A stretch of 64,000 bases of DNA, from assembly GCA_040285825.1 (NCBI GenBank), contig JAUPSS010000004.1, positions 5,609,784-5,673,783 of the forward strand. Direction: 5' to 3'. This DNA comes from Eukaryota sp. TZLM1-RC. Taxonomy: Eukaryota > Protista > Metamonada: BaSk clade. Position 1 is the stretch's first letter; every line of letters starts with the position of its first letter. The position numbers and the translations under genes were made by a program. The notes beneath the pieces were generated by a model that saw nothing but the letters and a program-made list of their open reading frames with translations, was not told the DNA's origin and searched no databases. Below, in pieces: positions 48,936-63,378 of the stretch.

Positions 48936-51900
48936 AAATTGTTGAGGATCTTGCTTCCTATTTTCAAAATTTAATGTGTTTTAAATTATGTTCCTCCGCC
49001 TGAATTGACTGCTGCCCGTTTAGTTGCTTTAGTTAAACCTGGTAAAGGTGACAAACCTGATGGAGTTAGACCAATTGCTATTGGAGAGTCATTAACCAGA
49101 TTGCTTTCTTCGCTTATTTTTAACAGAATTTCTACTAAAGCAATGGACTATTTGAAGCCTTTCCAATTTGGTATAAAAACTGTTGAAGGTGCTTCTGTTG
49201 CTTCAATGACTTCAGATGTTTTTTTCAATAGTCAACAACATCAATATATTTTCAATTTGGATTTCAAAAATGCTTTCAATTCTGTGAAACGTAATTGTAT
49301 TTTTGATGTGCTTCTTCAAGAATTTCCAGAACTTTCAGCCTATTTTTACTTATTTTATGGAAGAAAATCAGACTTAATTTTTGACTCCTTTACCCTTGAA
49401 TCTTCTTCTGGTGTGAAACAAGGTGATCCTCTTGGCCCTTTGCTGTTTTTGTTTGGCTATTCATAATATTATTAAAATGACACAACAAGATTTCCCCGAT
49501 TTGCGTATTGTTGCCTATATGGATGACATTTCTATTATTGGTTCTTTTGAAAGCATTTCTAGGGTCTCTGAAAACATTGCGGCGAAATACAAAGAAATTG
49601 GATTAGCTTTGAACCCATCTAAATGTCTCTTGATTGGTAGAGAAAAACAATCTTTGATGATTGGTGGAGCTCAGATTCCTTTTTATCAATTATGACCAAC
49701 AAGCTTTTTAAGTTTCTTGGATGTTGGCTTGGCAATTTGGATGAAATTTATTCCCAGTTAAACAATTTATTGGAGAAGTTTGACAAGGATCTTAGTTTTA
49801 TTGCTGAATGTGACATTGAGAAACACATCAAATTTTTTATTTTAAAAATTTGTTATTCTGGAAAATTCACTCATATTTTAAGGTCAACTCCCCTTCGGTA
49901 TCTCTCAATTTTTGCAGATCTTTTAACAAACTTTGAGTAAAATTTTTTTCCTCATTATTGGAGGTAAATGAATCTTTAATTCGAAGTCATGTTTTTTGTT
50001 CTGCTGATTTAGGTGGAATTGGTTTCACGAAATCTTCGATTCTGTGTAAAGCAGCTTTTTTAGGAGGTGGAAAAAATTTTGTTTTTGAATTTTTTCAAAG
50101 GTTCCCTTTTGATGTTCATCTGATCAATGGTGAATCAAATTTTTATTTGAATCAACTTCAAATCGAATTATATAATTTGCCTAGTGATATCTGGATTCAG
50201 TGTTTTCCTCAAAATGTTCAAGAAATTCCCACCCGATCACTTCCAAATTTACGTTTTGCTTGAAAAAGCTTCAGCACCATCTGGTTAAATTATATGAAGG
50301 CTTGGATTATGAAGTAAGACTTGGCTTGGCCAAAACTAAAAATCCCGCTTTCGGTAATTTTTTAAAGGATATTCGTGATAGTTCAGCTGCTGCTTTAGTA
50401 ACTCAAGTTCCCTCTGTTTATGGACTTCTGTTAAAAGACAATGAATGGCTTCTAAACATGCGTTTTCGTTGTTTTCTGTGGCCAAACAATTTGCCCAATC
50501 ATTTAACTTGTAAATGTGGTAAACCTCTTTTGTTTACTCATCTTTTGAACTGTAAACATTTCATTACGTTTAGAAGCAAAGTGCATAATAACGTCAGGGA
50601 CCAAATTTATGTAATGTGCAAATCATATCGAGTAGATTGATTGATTGGCTCTTCTGCTCAAGACCTCGTGATAAACGATTCTATTGTCCCTTTTACTAAT
50701 TATAGTAGTGATGCTTTTAAGTTCCTTGGTTGTTGGTTAGCAAATGTGCCTCAAATTCAGAATGAATTGCAAGTTATTTTGGAAAAAAATGAAAATTGAA
50801 CTTGATTCAATTTCTTCTTTAGATATAGAAAAAGCATATTAAATTTTTCATGCTTAAAATTTGCTACACTGGGAGAATAACCCACATTTTGAGATCTTGT
50901 GCTCCTTCCATAGCATTAGATTTTTGTCGTTCTTTTAATTCATTGAGAACAGAATTTTTTTGCTGATTTATTGGATGTAGAACCAGGAATGTTGAAAAGC
51001 CATTTATTTTTCTTCAGCAAATTTGGGTGGTATTGGTTTTACTAAATCTTCAATTTTGTGTCAATCAGCATTCTTGGGTGGTGGCAAAAATTTTATTTAT
51101 GAATTTTCTCGTAGATTTCCTGATGATTCTCATCTGTTAGTCCCCAATTGTAGTCCCTATTTGTATGAGTTATCTTGTGAACTTGAAAAATTACCGCCAC
51201 AAATTTGGACCAAATGTTTTCCTCAATCAATTCAAGAAATTCCAAACCGATCTCTATTTAATTTACAGTTTTGCTGTAAAAAGCTTCAACAAAAATTGTC
51301 AAAGATTTTTGAAAGCTTGGATTTTGATGTTAGACTTGGCTTGGCCAAGAAAAAGAATCCCGCTTTTTGCAAATCTTTTACAAGATATGTGTGACAGTAC
51401 TTCTTCTGCCTTAGTAACAACAATTCCACAAGTTTATGGTACTCTCTTATCCGATTCTGCTTGGACTCTGAATATGAGATTTCGTTCCTTTATCTGGCCT
51501 GATAATTTACCTCATAATTTAATTTGTAAATGTTCTCGAGAAATTACAACTACTCATTTGTTAAATTGTAAACATTTTATTACTTTTTAGAAGCAAGGTT
51601 CATGATGCTGTAAGAGACCAGTTATATTGTATGTGTAAATCTCATAGAATTGAATCCTTCTTGGAACCTTTGTTGTCAAATCTGTTTGATGCTGAAAATG
51701 ATTTTCATAAGAATAATAGAGGTGATGTCATATTACCTGGATTAGATGGAAGCTTCATTTTTATTGGATGTAATGTCTGTTGATCCTTGTAATGCCTCAA
51801 ATGAAAGGCTTGTTAATTCTGAAATTCATAATCCCCTTTCAAATGCTGAAAATTTTAAATTCAAAAAAATACAATGAACCTTTGTCCAAATTGGCCAGTC

Positions 51901-54900
51901 TACAGCATGCAAAAATACAATTTGTATCCATTTGTATTTTTCCCTTTTTGGTTCACTTGCACCAACTGCTTTACGTTTTTTTGGATGATTTTGAAATGAT
52001 TGTAAAGAGAAGAACTGGCAGAAATTTCAACAGATTGTTTTGGCAAAATAGAATTGTGTTTTCTATTTTTAAGGGGATGTTGAAGATGGTTTCTGATGCT
52101 TTGCTTTCTCTTGGATCTCACTATGAGAGAGTTGCATCTAGTGTTTTTGTTTTTGGGAGAGATGGATTTTTTTAGATGTTGATTTATAGGTTTAGAATAA
52201 AATTAAATTTTAACAAAAAAAATATCGAGTAGATTCCTTTTTAGAACCGCTGTTATCAAAATTAATTCTTGATGATCCCAATATTGATAGTACACGTTAC
52301 AACAGAGCTTCTATGGGTCTGACTAGAGGTGATCTAGTTGTTCCTGGTTTTAAATGGTAGTTTTACTATTTTGGACGCCATGTCTATTGACCCTTGTAAT
52401 TCCTCTAACGAACCTTTCATTAACTCGGATGTAAATAATCCTCTTCTTGCAGGCGAAAAATATAAAATTGCTAAATATGCGAAACCCATTTCCTCGGTTA
52501 ATGAAAATTCTCATGCCCAATATAATTTATGTCCATTTGTTTTTTCTTTGCTTGGATCTCTAGGTAAGGCTGCTATGGCTTTCCTTGAGGATTTTGTTGT
52601 AGTTGTAAAGGAAAAGAACTGGAAGAATTTTCAATCGTGTTTACTGGCAAAACAGGATTGTATTTTTCTATTTTTAAGGGAATGGTAACACTAATTTCTG
52701 ATTCACTATCTTCTTTTTGGGAAATTTTCTGAATCTTTAGCGATTAATTGTTTTGATGTAGGGGAGGCAGGTTTTGAGGATGTGCAGTTTTAATTGTGTA
52801 TTTCATATCTGTTGTTGAATAAAAATAAATTAATTGAAAAAGATAAAAAACTTTTATCGAAAAAATCAAATTTTAAAAAAAATGTTTTTCGAAAGAAAAA
52901 TTAGTGAGAAAATTAGCTTTAAAAGGACGTTTTGGATCTGCAAAACAATGTTTATTTTCTTCTGATTTAGCTGAATGTAATGAAAGCACATTGTTCCAAT
53001 TGAATCATCTTCATCCGGAAGAAAATTTTCATTGTACTAAACCTTTTTTTTAAAATTTAATTTTATTCTAAACCTATAAATCAACATTATTATCCATGCA
53101 ATGTGTAATTCCTATCATATTGAATCTTTTGTAGAACCTTTGTTGAGGTCTCTTGATATAAATGAAAGCGTAAGAGATTCAGAATATGGAAAACGACGTG
53201 CTGATGTTGTTGTGCCCTCGTTTGATGATGTCATGAATGTTGTTGATGTCGTAACAGTGGATGTTTGCAAGAAAAATGCCTTGAAAAATGCTCAATCCGA
53301 AGTATCCCCCCTTGATGACTCCGAATTGTACAAACGGAAAAAGTATGCAAATCCTTTAAAAAAATTGAAACATGTTCGCCATGTAGATAACCAAATTTGC
53401 CCATTTGCTATATCGTTGTATGGTCGTCTTGGAAAAACTGCTTTGAATTTTATTGATGATTTTGAAAATCTTGTGAAAAAAAGAATGAATAAGCGTTTTT
53501 GATCGTCGCTTGTGGCTAAATCGTATTGTTTTACTATTTTCAAATCAATTCCTAAAATGATTTCGAAAGCTTTAATGTCTGTCAGTGCACATTATGAAAA
53601 CATTGCTGCTGTAAGGTTTGATGGTGTGGAAGCTTGTTTTGAAGATATTGACTTTTAGACTGTGGTTTTGAAAATAAATTAAAATTAAAGAAAAAAAAAA
53701 GATATGTGTGACAGTACTTCTTCTGCCTTAGTAACAACAATTCCACAAGTTTATGGTACTCTCTTATCCGATTCTGCTTGGACTCTGAATATGAGATTTC
53801 GTTCCTTTATCTGGCCTGATAATTTACCTCATAATTTAATTTGTAAATGTTCTCGAGAAATTTCAACTAGTCATTTGTTAAATTGTAAACATTTTATTAC
53901 TTTTAGAAGCAAGGTTCATGATGCTGTAAGAGACCAGTTATATTGTATGTGTAAATCTCATAGAATTGAATCCTTCTTGGAACCTTTGTTGTCAAATCTG
54001 TTTGATGCTGAAAATGATTTTCATAAGAATAATAGAGGTGATGTCATATTACCTGGATTAGATGGAAGCTTCATTTTTATTGGATGTAATGTCTGTTGAT
54101 CCTTGTAATGCCTCAAATGAAAGGCTTGTTAATTCTGAAATTCATAATCCCCTTTCAAATGCTGAAAATTTTAAATTCAAAAAAATACAATGAACCTTTG
54201 TCCAAATTGGCCAGTCTACAGCATGCAAAATACAATTTGTATCCATTTGTATTTTTCCCTTTTTGGTTCACTTGCACCAACTGCTTTACGTTTTTTTGGA
54301 TGATTTTGAAATGATTGTAAAGAGAAGAACTGGCAGAAATTTCAACAGATTGTTTTTGGCAAAAATAGAATTGTGTTTTCTATTTTTAAGGGGGATGTTG
54401 AAGATGGTTTCTGATGCTTTTGCTTTCTCTTGGATCTCACTATGAGAGAGTTGCATCTAGTGTTTTTGTTTTGGGAGAGATGGATTTTTTTAGATGTTGA
54501 TTTATAGGTTTAGAATAAAATTAAATTTTAAAATATCGAGTAGATTCCTTTTTTAGAACCGCTGTTATCAAAAATTAATTCTTGATGATCCCAATATTGA
54601 TAGTACACGTTACAACAGAGCTTCTATGGGTCTGACTAGAGGTGATCTAGTTGTTCCTGGTTTAAATGGTAGTTTTACTATTTTGGACGCCATGTCTATT
54701 GACCCTTGTAATTCCTCTAACGAACATTTCATTAACTCGGATGTAAATAATCCTCTTCTTGCAGGCGAAAAATATAAAATTGCTAAATATGCGAAACCCA
54801 TTTCCTCGGTTAATGAAAATTCTCATGCCCAATATAATTTATGTCCATTTGTTTTTTCTTTGCTTGGATCTCTAGGTAAGGCTGCTATGGCTTTCCTTGA

Positions 54901-57900
54901 GGATTTTGTTGTAGTTGTAAAGGAAAGAACTGGAATAAATTTTCAATCGTGTTTACTGGCAAAACAGGATTGTATTTTCTATTTTTAAGGGAATGGTAAC
55001 ACTAATTTCTGATTCACTATCTTCTTTTGGGAAATTTTCTGAATCTTTAGCGATTAATTGTTTTTGATGTAGGGGAGGCAGGTTTTTGAGGATGTGGAGT
55101 TTTTAATTGTGTATTTCATATTTGTTGTTGAATAAAAATAAATTAATTGAAAAAGATAAAAAACTTTTATCGAAAAAATCAAATTTTAAAAAAAATGTTT
55201 TTTCGAAAGAAAAATTAGTGAGAAAATTAGCTTTAAAAGGACGTTTTGGATCTGCAAAACAATGTTTATTTTCTTCTGATTTAGCTGAATGTAATGAAAG
55301 CACATTGTTCCAATTGAATCATCTTCATCCGGAAGAAAATTTTCATTGTACTAAACCTTTTTTTTTAAAATTTAATTTTATTCTAAACCTATAAATCAAC
55401 ATTATTATCCATGCAATGTGTAATTCCTATCATATTGAATCTTTTGTAGAACCTTTGTTGAGGTCTCTTGATATAAATGAAAGCGTAAGAGATTCAGAAT
55501 ATGGAAAACGACGTGCTGATGTTGTTGTGCCCTCGTTTGATGATGTCATGAATGTTGTTGATGTCGTAACAGTGGATGTTTGCAAGAAAAATGCCTTGAA
55601 AAATGCTCAATCCGAAGTATCCCCCCTTGATGACTCCGAATTGTACAAACGTATTGTATTGCAAATCCTTTAAAAAAATTGAAACATGTTCGCCATGTAG
55701 ATAACCAAATTTGCCCATTTGCTATATCGTTGTATGGTCGTCTTGGAAAAACTGCTTTGAATTTTATTGATGATTTTGAAAATCTTGTGAAAAAAAGAAT
55801 GAATAAGCGTTTTGATCGTCGCTTGTGGCTAAATCGTATTGTTTTTACTATTTTCAAATCAATTCCTAAAATGATTTCGAAAGCTTTAATGTCTGTCAGT
55901 GCACATTATGAAAACATTGCTGCTGTAAGGTTTGATGGTGTGGAAGCTTGTTTTGAAGATATTGACTTTTAGACTGTGGTTTTGAAAATAAATTAAAATT
56001 AAATTAAAAAAAATAAATCAACATCTAAAAAATCCATCTTTTATTTAGTGATTTTAGTGGCTTTAACTAAACCTAATGGAAAAGTTCGCCCAATTGCCAT
56101 TGGTGAAGCCATTTATCGCCTGATGTCTTCAGTAATTTTTAATCGAGTTTCAACAAAAGCTAAAGAATACTTTTCTCCATTCCAATATGGAATCAAAACC
56201 ATAGATGGAGCTTCAGTTGCAGCTTTGACATCTGATCTGTTTTTCAATTGTCACGAAAATAGTTGCATTTTTAATCTTGATTTCAAAAATGCTTTCAATT
56301 CAGTGAAAAAGAGATTCAATTTGGAAAGAAATCAAATCAAATTTTCCTGAACTCGAAACCTTTTTTTATAGGTTTTATGGTAATTCATCTGATTTAATTT
56401 TTAATTCTTTTTAATCTGGATTCTTTATCAGGAGTTAAACAAGGAGACCCTTTAGGTCCTTTCTTTTTTTGTCTTGCAATTCACCCAATTTTGAAAAAAT
56501 TAAAAGAAGAAAATTCTGACCTTCAAGTGGTAGCTTACATGGATGACATTTCTTGTATTGGTCCAGAAAGTACAATTAATAGGGTTGCTAATGAAGCTGC
56601 TACATTATACCAATCCATAGGTCTTGATTTGAATGTTCAAAAATGTTTTTGTATTTCTAGGAAAAATGTTAAGTTAATAATTAATTCCCTCGAAGTTCCA
56701 TATATTGATTATACTTCAACTAGTTTCTGCTTTCTGGGTTGCTATTTAGGTTTCGCCGAAAAGACACTTGACAGCCTTGAAAATTATTTAAATTCAATTA
56801 AAAAAGAGCTAGAAGTCATAAAGACTCTTGAATTGGAAAAACATCTTAAGTTTTTTCTTTTGAAAATTTGTTATGCTGGAAAATTACTCATTTACTGCGA
56901 TCATTACCTCCATCCCTAACTTACAATTTTTGTAGACAATTTAACAAAATACGTACCCAATTTTTTTGGCTTATTTAATGTCTGTTGATCCATCAATTTT
57001 GAAAAATCATATTTTTTTCTGATGTTCAACTTGGCGGTGTTGGATTCAATTCATCAAAATATTTGACCAAAGCTGCATTTATTGGTGGTGGAAAAAATTT
57101 TGTATTTGAATTCTCTAGAAGATATCCTTTTGCCGAAAATCTTCTTGAAAATACAAATAGCATATTCCTGGATAACTTAAGAGAAGAAATATCCAGTTTA
57201 TCTCCCGACTTATGGCAATCATGTTTCCCCATATCCATTCAAGAAATTCCAGACAGAAGTTTATATTCATTAAAATTTGCGTTGAAAAAGCTCCAACGAC
57301 ATCTTTTGAAAATTTTGAAAACAAGGATTTTATTGTTCGACTTAGCACGGCTAAGAAAGAAAAATCCTGCTTTTGCCAATTTTTGATTGATTTGAAGGAC
57401 AGTTCATCTGCAGTTTTGATAAATCAAATTCCCCAGATTTATGGTCTATTTTTGAATGACGACCAATGGACCACTGCTATGAGAATGCGTTGTTATTTAT
57501 GGCCTTGTAATTTGCCCAATGATTTGTTTTGTAAATGTGGAGCTGGTTTGACATTATCACATTTATTTAATTGTAATAGATATATTTCCTATCGTTCTAC
57601 GTTGCATGATGCAGTCAGAGATCAAATCCATGCAATGTGTAATTCCTATCATATTGAATCTTTTGTAGAACCTTTGTTGAGGTCTCTTGATATAAATGAA
57701 AGCGTAAGAGATTCAGAATATGGAAAACGACGTGCTGATGTTGTTGTGCCCTCGTTTGATGATGTCATGAATGTTGTTGATGTCGTAACAGTGGATGTTT
57801 GCAAGAAAAATGCCTTGAAAAATGCTCAATCCGAAGTATCCCCCTTGATGACTCCGAATTGTACAAACGGAAAAAGTATGCAAATCCTTTAAAAAGAATT

Positions 57901-60256
57901 GAAACATGTTCGCCATGTAGATTACCAAATTTGCCCATTTGCTATATCGTTGTATGGTCGTCTTGGAAAAACTGCTTTGAATTTTATTGATGATTTTTGA
58001 AAATCTTGTGAAAAAAAGAATGAATAAGCGTTTTTATCGTCGCTTGTGGCTAAATCGTATTGTTTTTACTATTTTCAAATCAATTCCTAAAATGATTTCG
58101 AAAGCTTTAATGTCTGTCAGTTCACATTATGAAAACATTGCTGCTGTAAGGTTTGATGGTGTGGAAGCTTGTTTTGAAGATATTGACTTTTTAGACTGTG
58201 GTTTTGAAAATAAATTAAAAGTATGTTAAAAAAATGCAGCTTTGACATCTGATCTGTTTTTCAATTGTCACGAAAATAGTTGCATTTTTAATCTTGATTT
58301 CAAAAATGCTTTCAATTCAGTGAAAAGAGATTCAATTTGGAAAGAAATCAAATCAAATTTTCCTGAACTCGAAACCTTTTTTTATAGGTTTTATGGTAAT
58401 TCATCTGATTTAATTTTTAATTCTTTTTAATCTGGATTCTTTATCAGGAGTTAAACAAGGAGACCCTTTAGGTCCTTTCTTTTTTTGTCTTGCAATTCAC
58501 CCAATTTTGAAAAAATTAAAAGAAGAAAATTCTGACCTTCAAGTGGTAGCTTACATGGATGACATTTCTTGTATTGGTCCAGAAAGTACAATTAATAGGG
58601 TTGCTAATGAAGCTGCTACATTATACCAATCCATAGGTCTTGATTTGAATGTTCAAAAATGTTTTTGTATTTCTAGAAAAAATGTTAAGTTAATAATTAA
58701 TTCCCTCGAAGTTCCATATATTGATTATACTTCAACTAGTTTCTGCTTTCTGGGTTGCTATTTAGGTTCCGCCGAAAAAGACACTTGACAGCCTTGAAAA
58801 TTATTTAAATTCAATTAAAAAAGAGCTAGAAGTCATAAAGACTCTTGAATTGGAAAAACATCTTAAGTTTTCTCTTTTGAAAATTTGTTATGCTGGAAAA
58901 ATTACTCATTTACTGCGATCATTACCTCCATCCCTAACTTACAATTTTTGTAGACAATTTAACAAAATACGTACCCAATTTTTGGCTTATTTAATGTCTG
59001 TTGATCCATCAATTTTGAAAAATCATATTTTTTCTGATGTTCAACTTGGCGGTGTTGGATTCAATTCATCAAAATATTTGACCAAAGCTGCATTTATTGG
59101 TGGTGGAAAAAATTTTGTATTTGAATTCTCTAGAAGATATCCTTTTGCCGAAAATCTTCTTGAAAATACAAATAGCCTATTCCTGGATAACTTAAGAGAA
59201 GAAATATCCAGTTTATCTCCCGACTTATGGCAATCATGTTTCCCCATATCCATTCAAGAAATTCCAGACAAAAGTTTATATTCATTAAAATTTGCGTTGA
59301 AAAAGCTCCAACGACATCTTTTGAAAAATTTTGAAAACAAGGATTTTATTGTTCGACTTAGCACGGCTAAGAAAGAAAATCCTGCTTTTGCCAATTTTTT
59401 GATTGATTTGAAGGACAGTTCATCTGCAGTTTTGATAAATCAAATTCCCCAGATTTATGGTCTATTTTTGAATGACGACCAATGGACCACTGCTATGAGA
59501 ATGCGTTGTTATTTATGGCCTTGTAATTTGCCCAATGATTTGTTTTGTAAATGTGGAGCTGGTTTGACATTATCACATTTATTTAATTGTAATAGATATA
59601 TTTCCTATCGTTCTACGTTGCATGATGCAGTCAGAGATCAAATCCATGCAATGTGTAATTCCTATCATATTGAATCTTTTGTAGAACCTTTGTTAAGGTC
59701 TCTTGATATAAATGAAAGCGTAAGAGATTCAGAATATGGAAAACGACGTGCTGATGTTGTTGTGCCCTCGTTTGATGATGTCATGAATGTTGTTGATGTC
59801 GTAACAGTGGATGTTTGCAAGAAAAATGCCTTGAAAAATGCTCAATCCGAAGTATCCCCCTAGATGACTCCGAATTGTACAAACGGAAAAGTATGCAAAT
59901 CCTTTAAAAGAATTGAAACATGTTCGCCATGTAGATTACCAAATTTGCCCATTTGCTATATCGTTGTATGGTCGTCTTGGAAAAACTGCTTTGAATTTTA
60001 TTGATGATTTTGAAAATCTTGTGAAAAAAAGAATGAATAAGCGTTTTGATCGTCGCTTGTGGCTAAATCGTATAGTTTTTACTATTTTCAAATCAATTCC
60101 TAAAATGATTTCGAAAGCTTTAATGTCTGTCAGTGCACATTATGAATACATTGCTGCTGTAAGGTTTGATGGTGTGGAAGCTTGTTTTGAAGATATTGAC
60201 TTTTAGACTGTGGTTTTGAAAATAAATTAAAATTAAATTAAAAAAAAAGTTAAAAA
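45495..60256. repeat. About 14.75-kb tandem duplicate of ~30770-45494
   Basis: All junctions recur (34207 to 48939; 45451 to 60206); differences are mostly homopolymer lengths. Confidence 0.95.
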
Positions 60257-62619
60257 AAATCCATCTCTCCCAGAACAAAAACACTAGATGCAACTCTCTC
60301 ATAGTGAGATCCAAGAGAAAGCAAAGCATCAGAAACCATCTTCAACATTCCTTTAAAAATAGAAAACACAATTCTATTTTGCCAAAACAATCTGTTGAAA
60401 TTTCTGCCAGTTCTTCTCTTTACAATCATTTCAAAATCATCCAAAAAACGTAAAGCAGTTGGTGCAAGTGAACCAAAAAGGGAAAATACAAATGGATACA
60501 AATTGTATTTTGCATGCTGTAGAGTGGCCAATTTGGACAAAGGTTCATTGTATTTTTTGAATTTAAAATTTTCAGCATTTGAAAGGGGATTATGAATTTC
60601 AGAATTAACCAGCCTTTCATTTGAGGCATTACAAGGATCAACAGACATTACATCCAATAAAGTGAAGGTTCCATCTAATCCAGGTAATATGACATCACCT
60701 CTATTATTCTTATGAAAATCATTTTCAGCATCAAACAGATTTGACAACAAAGGTTCCAAGAAGGATTCAATTCTATGAGATTTACACATACAATATAACT
60801 GGTCTCTTACAGCATCATGAACCTTGCTTCTAAAAGTAATAAAATGTTTACAATTTAACAAATGACTAGTTGAAATTTCTCGAGAACATTTACAAATTAA
60901 ATTATGAGGTAAATTATCAGGCCAGATAAAGGAACGAAATCTCATATTCAGAGTCCAAGCAGAATCGGATAAGAGAGTACCATAAACTTGTGGAATTGTT
61001 GTTACTAAGGCAGAAGAAGTACTGTCACACATATCTTTTTTTTTCTTTAATTTTAATTTATTTTCAAAACCACAGTCTAAAAGTCAATATCTTCAAAACA
61101 AGCTTCCACACCATCAAACCTTACAGCAGCAATGTTTTCATAATGTGCACTGACAGACATTAAAGCTTTCGAAATCATTTTAGGAATTGATTTGAAAATA
61201 GTAAAAACAATACGATTTAGCCACAAGCGACGATCAAAACGCTTATTCATTCTTTTTTTCACAAGATTTTCAAAATCATCAATAAAATTCAAAGCAGTTT
61301 TTCCAAGACGACCATACAACGATATAGCAAATGGGCAAATTTGGTAATCTACATGGCGAACATGATTCAATTCTTTTTAAAGGATTTGCATACTTTTTCC
61401 GTTTGTACAATTCGGAGTCATCAAGGGGGATACTTCGGATTGAGCATTTTTCAAGGCATTTTCTTGCAAACATCCACTGTTACGACATCAACAACATTCA
61501 TGACATCATCAAACGAGGGCACAACAACATCAGCACGTCGTTTTCCATATTCTGAATCTCTTACGCTTTCATTTATATCAAGAGACCTCAACAAAGGTTC
61601 TACAAAAGATTCAATATGATAGGAATTACACATTGCATGGATTTGATCTCTGACTGCATCATGCAACGTAGAACGATAGGAAATATATCTATTACAATTA
61701 AATAAATGTGATAATGTCAAACCAGCTCCACATTTACAAAACAAATCATTGGGCAAATTACAAGGCCATAAATAACAACGCATTCTCATAGCAGTGGTCC
61801 ATTGGTCGTCATTCAAAAATAGACCATAAATCTGGGGAATTTGATTTATCAAGACTGCAGATGAACTGTCCTTCAAATCAATCAAAAAATTGGCAAAAGC
61901 AGGATTTCCTTTCTTAGCCGTGCTAAGTCGAACATTAAAATCCTTGTTTTCAAAATTTTTCAAAAGATGTCGTTGGAGCTTTTTCAACGCAAATTTTAAA
62001 GAATACAAACTTCTGTCTGGAATTTCTTGAATGGATATGGGGAAACATGATTGCCATAAGTCGGGAGATAAACTGGATATTTCTTCTCTTAAGTTATCCA
62101 GGAATAGGCTACTTGTATTTTCAAGAAGATTTTCGGCAAAAGGATATCTTCTAGAGAATTCAAATACAAAATTTTTTCCACCACCAATAAATGCAGCTTT
62201 GGTCAAATATTTTGATGAATTGAATCCAACACCGCCAAGTTGAACACACATATCTTGTAAAAGTATGTTAAAAAAAAGTAAAAGATTTGCAAAAGCGGGA
62301 TTCTTTTTCTTGGCCAAGCCAAGTCTAACATCAAAATCCAAGCTTTCAAAAATCTTTGACAATTTTTGTTGAAGTTTTTTACAGCAAAACTGTAAATTAA
62401 ATAGAGATCGGTTTGGAATTTCTTGAATTGATTGAGGAAAACATTTGGTCCAAATTTGTGGCGGTAATTTTTCAAGTTCACAAGATAACTCATACAAATT
62501 TTTTTTTAAAAAAAAATAGGGACATACAAATAGGGACTACAATTGGGGACTAACAGATGAGAATCATCAGGAAATCTACGAGAAAATTCATAAATAAAAT
62601 TTTTGCCACCACCCAAGAA
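60257..62619 (-). mobile_element. Body of a 5'-truncated family A insertion, interrupted by B
   Basis: A sequence at 60257-61037 and 62245-62619; its tail lies at 38298 (and duplicates). Confidence 0.8.
61038..62244 (-). mobile_element. 5'-truncated family B insertion in A
   Basis: TSD cacacatatctt at 61026-61037 and 62245-62256. Confidence 0.9.
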
Positions 62620-62634
62620 AAAATTGTACTAAAA

Positions 62635-63378
62635 ATTGTACTAAACCAGATTCAGTTGATTATTGGCTGCAAAATCCTGTCAATGCTTCTGAGGTATTGA
62701 AACTGATTCAGCAAATGCCCACTGGAAAAGCTCCTGGGCCATCTTTGTTGAATTTTGACATGATCAAATCAGCTGTTGGACAGTGTCCTGAAATTGCTGA
62801 TGATCTTGTTCTTTTTTTCAACAATCTTCTTACGTTAAAAATTAAAGTCCCTTTTGAGATGACCAGTGCTCGCTTAATTGCCCTTAAAAAAAGTCAATCC
62901 AAAATCCGTCCAATTGCAATTGGAGAATCGTTTTCAAGAATTCTTGCGTCTCTTGTTTTCAATAGAATTGGGAAAAAAGCCAAGGAATTTTTCAGTCCGT
63001 TTCAATTTGGAATCAAGACAATTGATGGTGCTATTTCTGCTGCTCTTTCGTCGGATGTGTTTTTTAATTCTAGTGATTCTAATTACATCTTCAATTTAGA
63101 TTTTAAGAATGCTTTCAATTCTGTATCTCGTTCTTCCATTTTACCTTTGCTGCAAAAGCATTTTCCTGAAGTTGAGCCTTTTTTCTATTCATTTTATGGA
63201 AAATCATCCACATTGGTCTATGAAAACTTTGACCTGCTTTCGTCTTCAGGTGTTAAACAAGGTGATCCACTTGGTCCTTTTTTCTTTTGTCTGGCAATTC
63301 ATCCATTAATGTGCGAATTGAAAGAAAAATTCCCAGAAATAGATATTGCAGCATATATGGATGACATTTCTGTAATTG
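62635..63378 (+). pseudogene. Family E piece 3 (RT up to YMDD)
   Basis: CTKPDSVDYW..GKAPGPS..RPIAIGE..GVKQGDPLG..YMDDISVI; TSD attgtactaaacc shared with 38285-38297. Confidence 0.85.

Noticed and set aside
35100-60000. Many frameshifts as programmed frameshifting or real decay
   Set aside because: They fall in homopolymers and differ between otherwise identical duplicates, which is typical of long-read consensus error.
61451-62497. 348-aa A/B hybrid ORF as a novel gene
   Set aside because: It is an accidental in-frame read-through across a TSD-flanked B-in-A insertion.
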